A DNA stretch of 64,000 bases, taken from the NCBI GenBank assembly GCA_000934665.2, contig JYFJ02001992.1, positions 1 to 64,000 on the forward strand, given 5' to 3'. The notes under the pieces are model-generated. The model did no database searches and was not told the DNA's origin. It saw only the letters and a list, made by a program, of their open reading frames with translations. Each line of letters opens with the position of its first letter. The first letter of the stretch is position 1. This DNA comes from Catajapyx aquilonaris. Its lineage: Eukaryota. This document shows positions 51,501-64,000 of this stretch, in pieces. The position numbers and the translations under genes were made by a program.

Positions 51501-54500
51501 CCTTCCTCTCAGGGTTAATTCTGACTGTCAACCTGCAGATTAGAAAGCAGGCATGAAAGGAATCAATGGCAGTCATTCCTTCCAATCTGATAAGGCTGTC
51601 ACCTCCCGAATGACTGATGTGACCCGGCATGAAAAGAAGGCCGAAACTTCCTCCCTAATGAGTCGATGATTGAGACAGTCTCCGAATAGCTCCTCCCCCC
51701 AAAAACACTAGCAATTGACGTCATAAAATCCTAGAAAATGTCGCATTGTCTGTCCATTATTTTTGTTGACCGAGTGCCCACATTCCTCTTCAGATAGAAT
51801 ATGCGTGTGTACACTGCAGAGTATGATGCGCCCCAGAGCCTTTGCGTGTGGCCTGAGACTCAGGGTCAAGCTTCCATTGAGTGTCCGAAGTGGGCGTTCG
51901 GGTGGGGGCCATTTTGGAAAGGGGGGGAAAGGGGGTTTCGGTTAGAGGGGAGTATGGATGAGCGAAACTGACCGCACTCTCCCATTTCGCTCTATTTCAT
52001 AATCGATTCCGCAGGAAAGGCCTGATCTAGTTTTGCTACTCGCTCGATACGTAAGCGTGTGTGACACCTGAGCGATATGGTTTCGAGAAAAATGTATAGA
52101 TCCCCCCCAAAAAAATTGGGGGAAAAAATAGAAATTGTGGACATGCCATAGTCAAACAATAAGGTATTGAGGGACACATTTTTGTCATGCATGGTTGTGT
52201 AATATGTAGTTGAAAAGATGTAATAATGCGTGTCATGAGTGGGCTTTAAAATCGTATCTTTTATCAAATTTTTAGGGGGCGTGATGGTGTGCAGTCTGAT
52301 TACTTTGTGTGCGATTACGCAAGTGCACGGAATGTTGCATCGTAACAGTGTAAGGGGGGGTTATTTATAATATATCTCTAATTGCCACCACTGGTTGAAG
52401 TGAGACACACAAATGTTATGCACCCGGAGTTTATGTGACATGTCATGCCACAATGCACACTCACACTATGTCGTGGGTATACTAAGTCCAATTTTGGCGG
52501 TTGAGTTATTTACACCACTTAGTAATTTTCTGCAATGTCGCCTGGTGATATCCATTTTGTTATGAAGATAATGAGCCAGAAATTCAGGATTTTATGTCCT
52601 CACTAGCAAACAAGTCTTTGCTGTGAATTAACTCGAAACTGGGTTTTGTGTACTTGGTGGATTTCTTCTATTATGCGCATTTTTAAAGCTGATATTCTGA
52701 AACTGGGTAGCATCTGAGCCAATCAGCATGCATAAATTCCCTAAATCCCGTGGCTCACCGGATATTTGCCAAAATGCAGCTAACACTACTTTGTTTATTA
52801 AAAGCTGCAGTTCCCCAGGGTGTTAACATAGCAGCTTCCCATCAAGTGCCATAAAAATAGCAATGATTACGGACAAGTGTCTGCTCCCCACTTCAATTTG
52901 CAGGCAAGCAAATTAAAAGCCGTTTTGACGACCCCCCCCCCCCTTTCAATTCCGCCTCATAATTAAATGAACCCTACAATTATTTGCAATATCTGCATGC
53001 CTCCAAAAAATAAAAGGGCAACACTGCGCAATTTGCATGACAACACTAGCAGACTGAATGCAGTCGTGCGTAAAAAGGGGGGGGGGGGCAGCACTTGCAA
53101 CAACAATACCCCCCCCCCCCCAACGGACGCTAATAAAAGCGATATTGCAAAATCCTTCAAATAGAAAGTGTTGGTACAGGCCTCCCAGGACGAACAAAAC
53201 CGAAGGCTTTTACAAGTCCGGAAATGGCCTAGGAGACGTACCGATTTGGCAGCCGCAACCGGCGCCATCAGCAACACAAGGAACAAATGGATGGCCTCAT
53301 TTTTTTTTTTTTTTTTTGAATTTTCTACCCGTTTATTCGTTTCCCCCTAAGCCATAGAACTTCTAGAATTTTATTTTTCTGTTTTACCCCCATCGAATTC
53401 GATTTCCGAGTTAGGAATTTTTCCCTTCAACAATGCTGGGTGATTCTAAGATCACAAAAGGCTAACAACTCATTTCAAGCTGGAGTATAGAATCGGTTTT
53501 ATTTGGCTCCTGAGGCCACTTTTGATACTTATATCCCGACACGAACAGAAGTTTGCAAAAAAAAAAATGATGATATTTACTGCTTCAAAGACGCTGCATA
53601 AACCTACGTGAGCTTCTAATAAACGGAGAAGGACATTAAAAGGATTGTTCTTAAACGACCTCGTTTAATCGACGCAATTTATTCCGACAAAAATTATAGC
53701 AGAGTGGTAAAACGAGTCGTTTACAAGTTCAGGCCTTTAGAAAATGAGGGTTTGGATCCAAATTGTTAGCATTAGAGGTAGGTATCTCTATCAGAAATTA
53801 TTGGTTATCTCGTTCGTTTTCACGTTGAATCAGATCGATTCGTTTGAACTGGGTATTTCAGTTTCAAATTCTGCTTTTCCACTCCTTTAGCCTTAGGGGG
53901 AAGTCTCTTGATGTTTTCATGTACGATGGACTGGATTTATGAAAGTCTGGGGAAATTTTCATGTCGCCAGAGTACGGTTTTCTGAAACATTTTTTTTGAC
54001 ACATAGTGCACTTTAAAGTGAATAAATATCAAAAATCCGGAGATGAACAATTTATCAGTTGGTATCAAGTTACACGACACTTACAAACTCACATAGGTTT
54101 TCGTTAAATAGTCCGAGATAGGTTTCTATATAGGATGTCCTATCTCTATGCACTTTTGAATGACGGCGACCAAAAGCAGAGGGCACTAAATACCAGTTCA
54201 AATAGAGGAAATACCGTATTTAAATTTCTAACGCCACGGAATTCGTAAACACTGACGCTACTATTTCATTCAGTCTGTTTGCTTCTGTTAATTAATTACA
54301 AGTACACAAGCATGTGTGTAATCCTACACTGTGCAAATCCTTTGAACCTGCCCCTTCCAGCCAATGTTGACTGCACGACATAATCCTATATTCGGTTTGA
54401 AATTCGTGAGTCCGGTAGTAACAAGCGTAAATATACACTCTACAGAGGCCGATAATGGAAACTAGTTTTGCGACAAAAACCGCCCCATCAACTCTTCACA

Positions 54501-57347
54501 TATCCTTTTTTTTTTTTTACAAAAAAAAATCAAACATCATGCTGAACTCATGGAAGCTCAAATAATGCATCTGAAATACTGTACAAATTGATGTCGAAAA
54601 TTCGAAGGGAAGTGCTTGTGCTTACATTTACAACTGATTTGAGTGCATTTACTGTGCTTGAAAAGAGCGTTGGTGGAAGCAACAAAGGTAAATCAGGCCC
54701 TTTTCAAAAATAAAAAATGTGTTGGAATATAGCGTGGTCTAGAGGGCACTCAAGGTCTCATACTTTTTGAGTACGTAGGTTCAAATCCCGATAGGTCATC
54801 CATATGGGACAGATTGGATTAAAAGCTCATGTGAAAATGCACCTGCCAACAATCATCATTTTTTTTAAAACCACTCATCAACATTACGGAATGGCAGCAG
54901 CTTTAACTCATTGGCGACAGTTTGAGCTCCGATTTGGCCTCACCCTTTACATAATTTTTCATTAACCAAAGTTTAATTCACTCTCCCCCAGGTTAAAACA
55001 TGCAGCGATATCTTAATGATCTCCATACACCTGGCAACTCTGCTTGAAACACCGACCCTGTCAGCCACATTATGACATCACTTTGGGTGTGGTTAACTCT
55101 AAGAGGTTAGCCGATCTTCCACATATATGTCCCTCAAAACCTTTTTAAATTATTGAAACAATGAATGGGAAATCACTTTTTTTTGGAGGGGGGGGGGGGA
55201 ATAAGAAATAACAAGACTGCATGTCAATTCACACGAGAGTGATTCGATAAGACTTTTTCTCATTAATAGCTACTGCGGGNGTCATTCCCAAAGCTCAGTG
55301 GGGGTTACAGATGTCAAATCCGCAAAACACCCCCAACTTCTTTTGTTCTCCTGAAGCCTTTACTAGGGGGCAGGGTGGTCGAAGCGGCAAGATGGATTTC
55401 CCTGCTGGTTTCGAAGCGTCATTGACAAATTCCTCTTGAATGCAAGCCCAATGTTCCGGAAGAGATTGAACTGACAATCTAAGACGGGGGAGGAGGGGGG
55501 GGAGTGGTTGGGAGGAGAAATAAAATGTATTTTTGCTGGCCTCCTGAGCAAGGTCAACAGTGAAAGATCTGCGGAATTCGGGTCAAGATCGGAATACGAT
55601 TCACCTTTTCTTTTCCCCCAAATGTTCACTCGTGGGAAATGGAGCAGACCAGTATTTGGACCCTGTCGGGTATGCTCCTCGGCAAAACAAACGGGGCTTT
55701 TGCCAATACCATGGTTTTTCGCCTGCCATATATAGCAGATTCTGGTCCTATCAAATGCATTTTCTAGACACATGGATTCTAGGAATGAAGAACGTTTGAA
55801 CGTGTTTTTTTTTGTTGAAAATAGGGTGAGGTCAATGCAGGTACAGCAGATAGAATAACATTTGGAAGTGTCTTTTGCTTGCCACACAATGTAAATCTCT
55901 TGTCAACTTGTTACAGATTTCTCATGAAATATATAATAATTGTACCAATTTGAAACAATTTGCTTAAGTTACGTAATTACTTCAGTTAATTTATGTGACA
56001 AAAACAAAGACGTATTCTGAAAATTCTGCATGCCATGAATATGCAGAACCACTTTAAAGGTACGGTCCTGCCATAAAAATGTATTACACCAATATCGTTC
56101 CGAGATGAGTCATTAACGCATTTTATCTCAAAATATTTACGGCCCTGTAAATATATCGTAATAACGATTTCATGTCATTAGCTGCCATAGCGGCCAAACA
56201 CAACATGATTATTACCTCACACAAACAAAGCAAAATTTACCCCTCCCCCCCTCTAAAAATTGCATGAATATAATATATTTGCCGGGTTATGCGCACTATT
56301 GCGTCTCCCTAACAACGCACCTCATTATTTTAACTGTCCACACGAGCCTTCAATTATTATTCCCAGCCACGTTAGCTCTAATTAAACTTTGTGAGCAATA
56401 ACACGCAACTCCTGCGCAACCCACTAGGTCTAATCAATATGACGAATCCAATCGTTTTCCTGTAGTCATCAAACAAACATCAAACTCCAATCCGGAAGGT
56501 ACCGGTACGGAAAAATATATTTAAAAAAAATATACGTCGATCTAGAGCATACTAGTAGGAATAAACTAGTTTTTTTTCTCTCTCTCTCTCTTTTTTCCAG
56601 TACAGCTCCCCCATGCTGTGTATTTTTCAACCGTCTGAATAATTCAATATGGCGTTCCCCGCATATGCTTACATTGATCGTGCAAAGCTCGCGTGTACTG
56701 TAGGTGTGTGCACCGCCATCTCCAGAAAATGAGCGCTTGCATAAGGGCCCAATTGCAGTGTTTTTAACCCCTAACTCAACCTGTCCGGGGGTCCGACTTA
56801 ACCACTCACATTGTAAAACCAGCATCATAAAATCCGATTATAAACTCAGGACTAGGCGGTAAAAAAAAAAATAGCATGGAAGATAAATAACTGAGGCAGG
56901 TTCTCATGGGGTAATTTTGTTCCGGGTTTGTAAAAATGTTATCAGTCACATGAGTGTCACGATATGTTTCATGGAGGAAAGTGCAATGTTCCGGGCCTAG
57001 CTTTTATTCGACCCCACAGTATAGGGTAGGAATTAGGATACAAGTACCGATAGAATTATGCTATTACAATTGGGTAGTAAAATCTTTGTATTTAAACCTG
57101 ATTTTATGGTGAGCCGCCATTTTTGGAATGTAGATAGAGTATTGGTGCTAATTATCCTGCCGGTACAAGTTACAGATGTTATGGCGTAGTGTGTAGTGCA
57201 GGTAACTTTCCATAGGTGGTAGATGGGTGTCTGATAATGGGCTCGTAAATTAAACATCACTTTTCCAAAGTAATAGGGAAATGGAGGCGTAAGGTAAAAA
57301 GTATGTCAAAAAAACATATTTTTTCCCTTCTGAGGCTTGCATTAATT

Positions 57348-57860
57348 GGCTAAGCTTTCATATCGGGATACCCAGCACTTTTACCTACTTTCCTATAGGC
57401 TTGTACGTATCTACTACTGAAAGATACGTGTGTACCTGTCTTCAATAAGCTGTGAGACTGGAAGTAGTTGTTTTTACTGTAACTGTGGGGACTTTCACTC
57501 ATCTGTGGGGACAATTTTCCCACTTGCGGGGACGTTTAAGGTCCCCACAAGAAAATTGCGGGTTTGCAGTAGTGGGGACAAGTTCCCACTATTTCCAGTT
57601 GCAGGGTTTTAGAAAAGTCCATTTTTCTCACCCTAGGTTACGTAGGTTAGGGTAGGTTAGGTTAGGTTAGGTTAGGTTAGTTTACATTAGCTTTGAAAAG
57701 TGGTCTTTTTCACGTCCCCACACCTAATCGGCCGCAGGGATAGGTGTATCTGCTGAAGGATAGGTGTGTATCCGCCGGGAAGGAAATTTAGGTCATGGGG
57801 TAGGTTGGTACAGCGTGCCCCTACCCCTGTCACATTCGGTCTCCCGATATGAAAGTCACT
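57348..57860 (+). mobile_element. Second copy of the same dispersed repeat, with a (TTAGG)n-bearing insert
   Basis: ggctaagctttcatatcggga...tcccgatatgaaag; TTAGG tract at about 57643-57680. Confidence 0.7.
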
Positions 57861-59639
57861 GACATAATACAAGCATATAAATACTGTACATATGAAGGCA
57901 ATCTATAAAAAAATGCCACACTAAAATATGGGCTGGGGGTATTTGGCCCCTATGCAATCACCATCCTAAAGAGCAGTTAATTATATTCGAATAATGAAAA
58001 ATTTCACTTTGTTTTATCATTCTCATATAATAATAAAGAGTTGGTGTTGGCAAAAATGGCGTTACTAAAACAAATGTGCGTCACCCATTGTCATGTGCGG
58101 GTTTCTATGTGATTACGTGTTCACTTTTGAGCTACCGATAGTTGAATTATGGAATTTAGGTGGGGCGAAAATGTTCCCGAGTTCAAAGGTGAAATAGGTG
58201 AAGATGAGCTCATATTAAAATTAAGTTTACAGCATACATGGAATATAAAATAAAAACATTATGACAGTTGTGAATAAATGGCAAAATATGATTTTGCTTT
58301 TAATTTTTTTTTGACAAACATAGTAAACTATACGCCTTTAGAGAAGCTATACCAAAATGGTCTGCCTCAACTCATCACATGTCATAATACAGGGTGTCCA
58401 TAAATGCATGAAGATTTGAGTGGGTGCCTAGATCAAGCTGATAGATGGCTCCTGTCAGTTAAATAAGGGTTGCCTTTATCCATCCACCAAAGATGTGCAG
58501 AACCAGTTTGCCAGGGTGGGCAGGGGATAAAACGCAGCCTTACCTGACTGACACAAGTAATCTATCACCTTGATCCAAGCGTCTATTCAAACTTGTTGCT
58601 GGACATCCTGTATTTATCACTATCTTCCTATAGTACACATCCACATTAGCAACCAGAGAGAATGGTCCAGGTTCCTCAAACCCTCGATCCTATCTAGTCA
58701 AGTATCTATTGTCACCCACACTTCTATTCCAAGCCATCAAAGTCCCAAAAAAGACTTCTGGGACACCGGAAAACTCTCTGGGACACAAATAGCCGACCTT
58801 CCGTTCAGTTAAAAGCAGCCTTTTCCAATTAGCAGCTTTGCGAGTCAGCACATAAAATTGCCCCATTTGAGCTATCTTAAAACTACGATTTACTATGATT
58901 ATTTTTCAGCAATGACAATTCATTTACACACCCCCATCTATTCGATGCAATAAAATATGAAGTACCCCTTCTGGAAGTGATGGCGTGGCAAAAACCTCCC
59001 TTGGACACGGCAATAAATGACAAATTCAATTGGTCCAGGTGAGTGTCACGATCTAACCATCCGCCATAAATCGCTCCTAATGGTCCTAGCGACATGCAAA
59101 ATCCTCCCTACCCAACTTTAATCAATCACTCGACACATATAGGTGAAAGGCCGCCATACTTTCTAGGGTATTGTCTTTTGGGTCAGGATACTGGTCAAAG
59201 ACATTGACCACATTTTTTTGAAAAAAAAAAAAAAACAGGTGATAAACGTTTGTTTTGGTATTTGGCGCAGTCCCTTTCCGCTCTAGAAGCCTGGCTAAGT
59301 ATTGATTAGACAATGAGATGCTAATCCAGGATTACTGTCGGAATAAACGCAGGCCCGCTCCCCAGGAATGTAGGTCACCAATCAGCAGCTTCCGTTTTCG
59401 CTAACGGCACCGGCGTACTTTTGCTTAATAGAATTCATGTCGGAATGTGAGACTTTTAGTGTCCCGTCGAGCGGGAAACGACCTGGCACCGTCGCATCGT
59501 TACTGGTGTTGGAGGAGGGAAATGACCTTGAAATCACGGGCCGCCATATTGGGAAAAAAAAATCTGGTCAACATTTTACGAGTTATGTTTTATTTATTAT
59601 TACAGAGAAAAAATAATAGTCATAAGGAATTTTTAAATG

Positions 59640-59800
59640 TGACTCGTATAGGAAAATATCGTATAGGAAAATAATGACAATCGTATATAGGAAAATAATA
59701 TGACAATCGTATAGGAAAATATCGTATAGGGAATATGACTCTCGTATAGGAAAATATCGTACAGGAAATATGACTATCGTATAGGAAAATATCGTATAGT
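59640..59800. repeat. Degenerate minisatellite (tcgtataggaaaata core)
   Basis: Core repeated several times with variable spacers. Confidence 0.85.
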
Positions 59801-60619
59801 AAAATGTGTTTTTGCCTGCAAAAATAATAATTATCTCACAACACATAATGTTCACACCAACACCCTGCCCAGGTTCCCACGATTGTACCAGAAAAAAAAT
59901 CCCATGCCTTATTTTCTCATTCCGAATTTTCTCACGTACTGTAATTAGCGCAATCCCTCAAATTGTGCAGAAACTGGGTTAATTACGCAAACAATTTGTC
60001 AATCCGGGGTAGGCCGCTTACCTTACGACCCAAAAGATTCTGAATGGTGCTTGAATGACGTCACGAGCGGGTCGAGATGGTGGTTCCTTGGACCCAACCC
60101 ATTTAGAAATGAATGGCCTTCTACTTGTGGCACTGCATGAACTACGAACTAATTGGATAGACGATCACGTGCCGGGATCCCAATGAGCTTTCAAAAAAAA
60201 AAAAAAAGGCCCAAGACTATTTTTAAGATGGGTGCTGCTTGTTTGCAAACCGAAGCGTCTGAAATAGAATGGTGTTGTGAGGTAAGTACTGTATGGGGGG
60301 GGGGGGGGTTAGGTTAAAGAGGCTACACTGATGGAACATATTTTATGAGTCCAATTTGGGTGAGAATCATTAAGGTTGGAGGAGAGATAAAATTAGATGG
60401 TACTTTTTTTGTTTGCGACGTTTTTCTTTTATGTTCCTTGAGGATGCTGAATTTTTTGTAGGGAGGATCGAGTACAGCATGTGGTCACTGGATGCGGGTT
60501 TTGCGTCATGGTGAAACACGGCAGGGATCGATATAGCAGCAGAGATGTTTTTTTTTTGGGGGGGGGGGGGAGAAGTAACAGTTGCGATTGTTGTCAGTTT
60601 CAAAATTTGCTGTCCAAAG

Positions 60620-60750
60620 GAGAAACACTCTATCTGCGAAACTAGTAAGGGTGAATGTCGCATGCATTCTGCCCTGCACTAATACCCCCTGACTCAGGGG
60701 TCATGCATGCGACTTTCACCCTTACTAGTTTTGCAGATAGGGTCTTTCTC
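60620..60750. repeat. Imperfect inverted repeat / MITE remnant
   Basis: ctatctgcgaaactagtaagggtgaatgtcgcatgcat versus atgcatgcgactttcacccttactagttttgcagatag. Confidence 0.8.
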
Positions 60751-62846
60751 ATTGGGACGGCAGAAATGTACTATAGAGGTGAATATACTTTTCCCAAAGC
60801 TCATTTTGCTGCTGCACCTCTTCCACTGTAAATGTGGCCATATTTCTAGCTCATGGCTCCTACAGGCAGCATAATATAGAGTTAGTGTGGGTATGGGCCA
60901 GCAGGGGATGATGATGACGACGGCAACCGTGATGTTGCCAGCAAACGCGCTAAAATCCGGGCTCGATACATATTAAATAATCATGTGGCCTCTCCATCCC
61001 GTCTGTGCCGCTGTTTTGTTTGCCTCCGTATAAATTCATACATGCTATTGAGCTCCGGGCTTTTTGGTTTTAGGCTAGGTTTTGACAGGTGGGAATATTA
61101 ATCTCGCTGACGTCATTCTTGCAAAAAAAAATTGGCCTATGAGTACCTTGGGGTATAAATAGCGCAACTTTCTATTACCTTGTCACAAAAAATAGAACCG
61201 TGGTTATATATATAATGCAGGATATTAATGTGATATACATTGTTCCGCACTGTACCTAGCAATTAATAATTTAGTGTCCTGCACACTATTCCTTTGATCT
61301 CGCACTGCTAAACAATAACCAGCAGTTGGACCCAATGTAGGGTCATTTTTTATTGATATATAATTAATAATGAAACACGGGCCATTTGCGTCGAACACCA
61401 CACGTTGATTATGACCGCTCTGCAATCACGGGAATACAATCCACATTAGCAACTTTGAATAGGGTGATTTAAAATATTTCATCTTCCATTGCTACATTTA
61501 TAGTTTAATATTCCAACACGCTATATGACCCTAGTCCTTGTTCCACTGCATTGCATATCCGTAACCAAATAGTGCGTTGCAGGCTTGGAAACCTTGGACT
61601 TAATTTGGACCTCCCAGGTCGGACTTGATCTCGGTTCTAGTATAGCAGCCCGAACCTGTCCACTGCTATTCTGGTTTATAGGTAACTTCTGCAATATTCG
61701 GGAATGACGTCAAAAGTAAGGCGGGAGGTCCTCTGTAATTGCGCCCAGGAGTGAATATTGACTGAGTTTGAAAAGTTCATGCACGAACCTCGTTAGCGGG
61801 TCTATAAAGAGGTTGTTCTGACATCACTGGTTGCACTCTTGGAAGACGAAAATTTGGGTCATGTAATACACCACAACTACCAGGTGAAGCTCCGGCGATA
61901 ATTACAAAGAGAGGTCGTGGTGAGGACCATGGGGTTTGGAGGTATAATATACCGGTACGTTAAATATTCCGGGGGGCCAAAAGCCATAAGCTTCATTAGG
62001 CGTGCACCTGTACAAAAGACGCCATGTTTCATCGGAGGATGGAAACAATGCCACAAAGCCAAAGAGCTGCGGTTATTGTGTGCATCCCCCCAGCCCTTGT
62101 CCCTGCCAGTCCCTCCTCTCCCTGATCTCCCTCCCCCCCAAAAACAACGCAGCCCGCAGGACACTTCTACCCTGTTTTATCCTCCCGGTTTCCAACTGCC
62201 TGCTGTTAGGCTCTGAATAGACCTCTTTTCGTATCATGACCAATGTATTATTTTGAAAGGGATTCTGTAAGGGCATTTTGCTGACCCCTAAATGAAGAGT
62301 ACGGTTCCNCCCCCCGTTAAACAAAAGGAAAAGGGCTGTCAATGTATCGGAGGGAAAAGTGAGGCCATGTGGTTAGTAGGGAAAGGCTATAACTATCGGA
62401 AAATGCGATTAGGTACTTCGAACGATGAGCAGGAAATGGCCTTAATAATGTGAAGCAAAAAAGAACATTCTGCGAGAATTCAAACAGAGATTGGTTCGAT
62501 ATCCACTGGAGCAAAGTGCTTACCAGTGGTAAAATTCCTCCACTGGCCACTATCTACACCATATGAACAGAAAAAGCACATTTTGCAAGGGCCTAGCAAC
62601 TCCCTAGAACCGGTGTACACACTGGCCAAGGAACCAGGTGGAACCGGCTTGGAATCGGGTGGAACCGGGTGGAACCTCCCGGTTCCAGGATCTGGTGTAC
62701 ACTTTTTTTGGGGAGTTGCTAACCCCTTCGCATTTTGGCACATATCTTGGACATTTCTTATGAATGTCACTATCGGCAGAAGGGAAGCTGAGCTAACCGT
62801 ATTGCTGCTTAGAGAGTCTTACTATTCTAGTGCACACGGGACTTAC

Positions 62847-62872
62847 CCCCCAGCCACCAAAATCATCTGCAT
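62847..62872 (-). CDS. Sh: Shaker alternative first coding exon, ShC-type N-terminal inactivation peptide (MQMILVAGG)
   Basis: Minus strand reads ATG CAG ATG ATT TTG GTG GCT GGG GG|gtaagt. The phase-2 donor joins the G at 24507 to give MQMILVAGGSLPKLSS, matching the Drosophila ShC N-terminus. A candidate acceptor for the exon (acttcccatcccggcttcag) lies at 63181. Confidence 0.92.
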
Positions 62873-64000
62873 CGTATCCGGCGGTTGAGAGTCGAACCCT
62901 AGTCCATCATGATGCTGGTTGTGCGTACATTCCTGGCATTGGTAGCCATTCCTATTAGCCGTATATTCCCTAGTATCCAGGGTGGCGGCCCGCACAGCAC
63001 CACAATTCCTCGCGATGGCCAATCACCGCCCTCGCCATCACACTCACCATCACTCCGCACAATCCATCCCCACATAGCTCATCTACTGCTACACGTACCA
63101 ACCATTCGACAGATTCAATCGCGATTAGTGTCGGTTGGATCATCAGCTGACGGATTTTTACCCACAGCTTTTGTTGTTCCCTGAAGCCGGGATGGGAAGT
63201 GGTACATTAACTCGCACATAATTCTCAATTTATAAAAGTTGCCAAACTTGTAGTCTAGAAACAGTTAAAAATAACCCATATCTATTAAAGACACAATTTT
63301 TAAATAAATTAAACTCAATAAATTAGTCAATTCCAACTTATGGACTTATGGCATACCCCTGCGGTATAAAACCTGTGGCATTGGGAGGCAAAACATATCC
63401 ACAAGCTCGTACGCTGAAAGCTGACTTGCACAAATAAATGCCGGAAATATATGTGCAAAACGCCAATATTTGCTCGACCTGATATCGCCATCAGAGATAA
63501 CATTGTAGCTCACAATCAATAACATACTCCCGCACCCATTTTTCATCTACTTAAGTGGGGGTGAAAAGTCGCTACACGCTAATCATGTAGAGAACATTTG
63601 ACAATAAGTGAACTTAGAGAAAAAAAAAACATTAATGTCGACCCGAATAATAGCAGTAGGAAGCGGGCTCTATTCCTATAAAAAACAGTAGAAAAGAATG
63701 GCTTCGACAGGCACAAGCTCAGGCAATCGGCGCCAGAAATTGATGGGATGTTATCCACAGCTGCTGAAGCAAAGCATGGGGGTGGGTCTCACCCTTCCCA
63801 TAAATCCTATCGACCACCAATTTACACCAGCCATCGACTCAGCAACACCCCCAGTCGGAAAAAGGAGAGAGAGAGAGTTGGGCTACAATTCTAACGAGTT
63901 ACGAGGAGAAGCCCCGTGATTTGGAACCAGAATCTGTGAATTAGTGTCAGGACGTATTCGCGCAAAAATGATTGAGCTGGCCAGATTTGAAACAGGTGGT

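Noticed and set aside
52759..52829. ATG ORF MLTPWGTAAF...ANIR ending at a phase-2 donor
   Set aside because: No homology or compositional support; expected by chance in a 38-kb intron.
60016..60170. Strong donor AAG|gtaagc (also CAG|gtaagg near 58543)
   Set aside because: No in-frame ATG in the phase compatible with the common exon.

Overview
Eukaryotic (arthropod-like) genomic DNA. The window carries most or all of one minus-strand Shaker (Kv1) voltage-gated K+ channel gene, and the rest is intron or flank rich in MITEs, Helitrons, SINEs and microsatellites. I reconstructed a GT-AG, phase-consistent 512-aa CDS: 62847-62872 (MQMILVAGG, identical to the Drosophila ShC-type inactivation-ball N-terminus), 24384-24507, 20547-20812 (T1), 17571-18217 (S1-S5), one 130-nt pore exon, 10099-10289 (S6) and 9533-9687 (ends ETDV*). 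The pore is encoded by a tandem exon cassette. Two intact 130-nt exons (13821-13950 and 13657-13786) lie only 34 nt apart and differ at turret residues and at the T449-equivalent position (R vs T). A third, divergent pore exon (14004-14182), absent from the ORF track, has intact splice sites, a 15-residue longer Cys-containing turret, a GFG filter and a small frameshift. The 38-kb first intron has a consensus recursive-splice (AG|GTAAGT) site near its midpoint and several candidate alternative N-terminal exons. All of this is read from sequence alone; I had no expression data or database searches.
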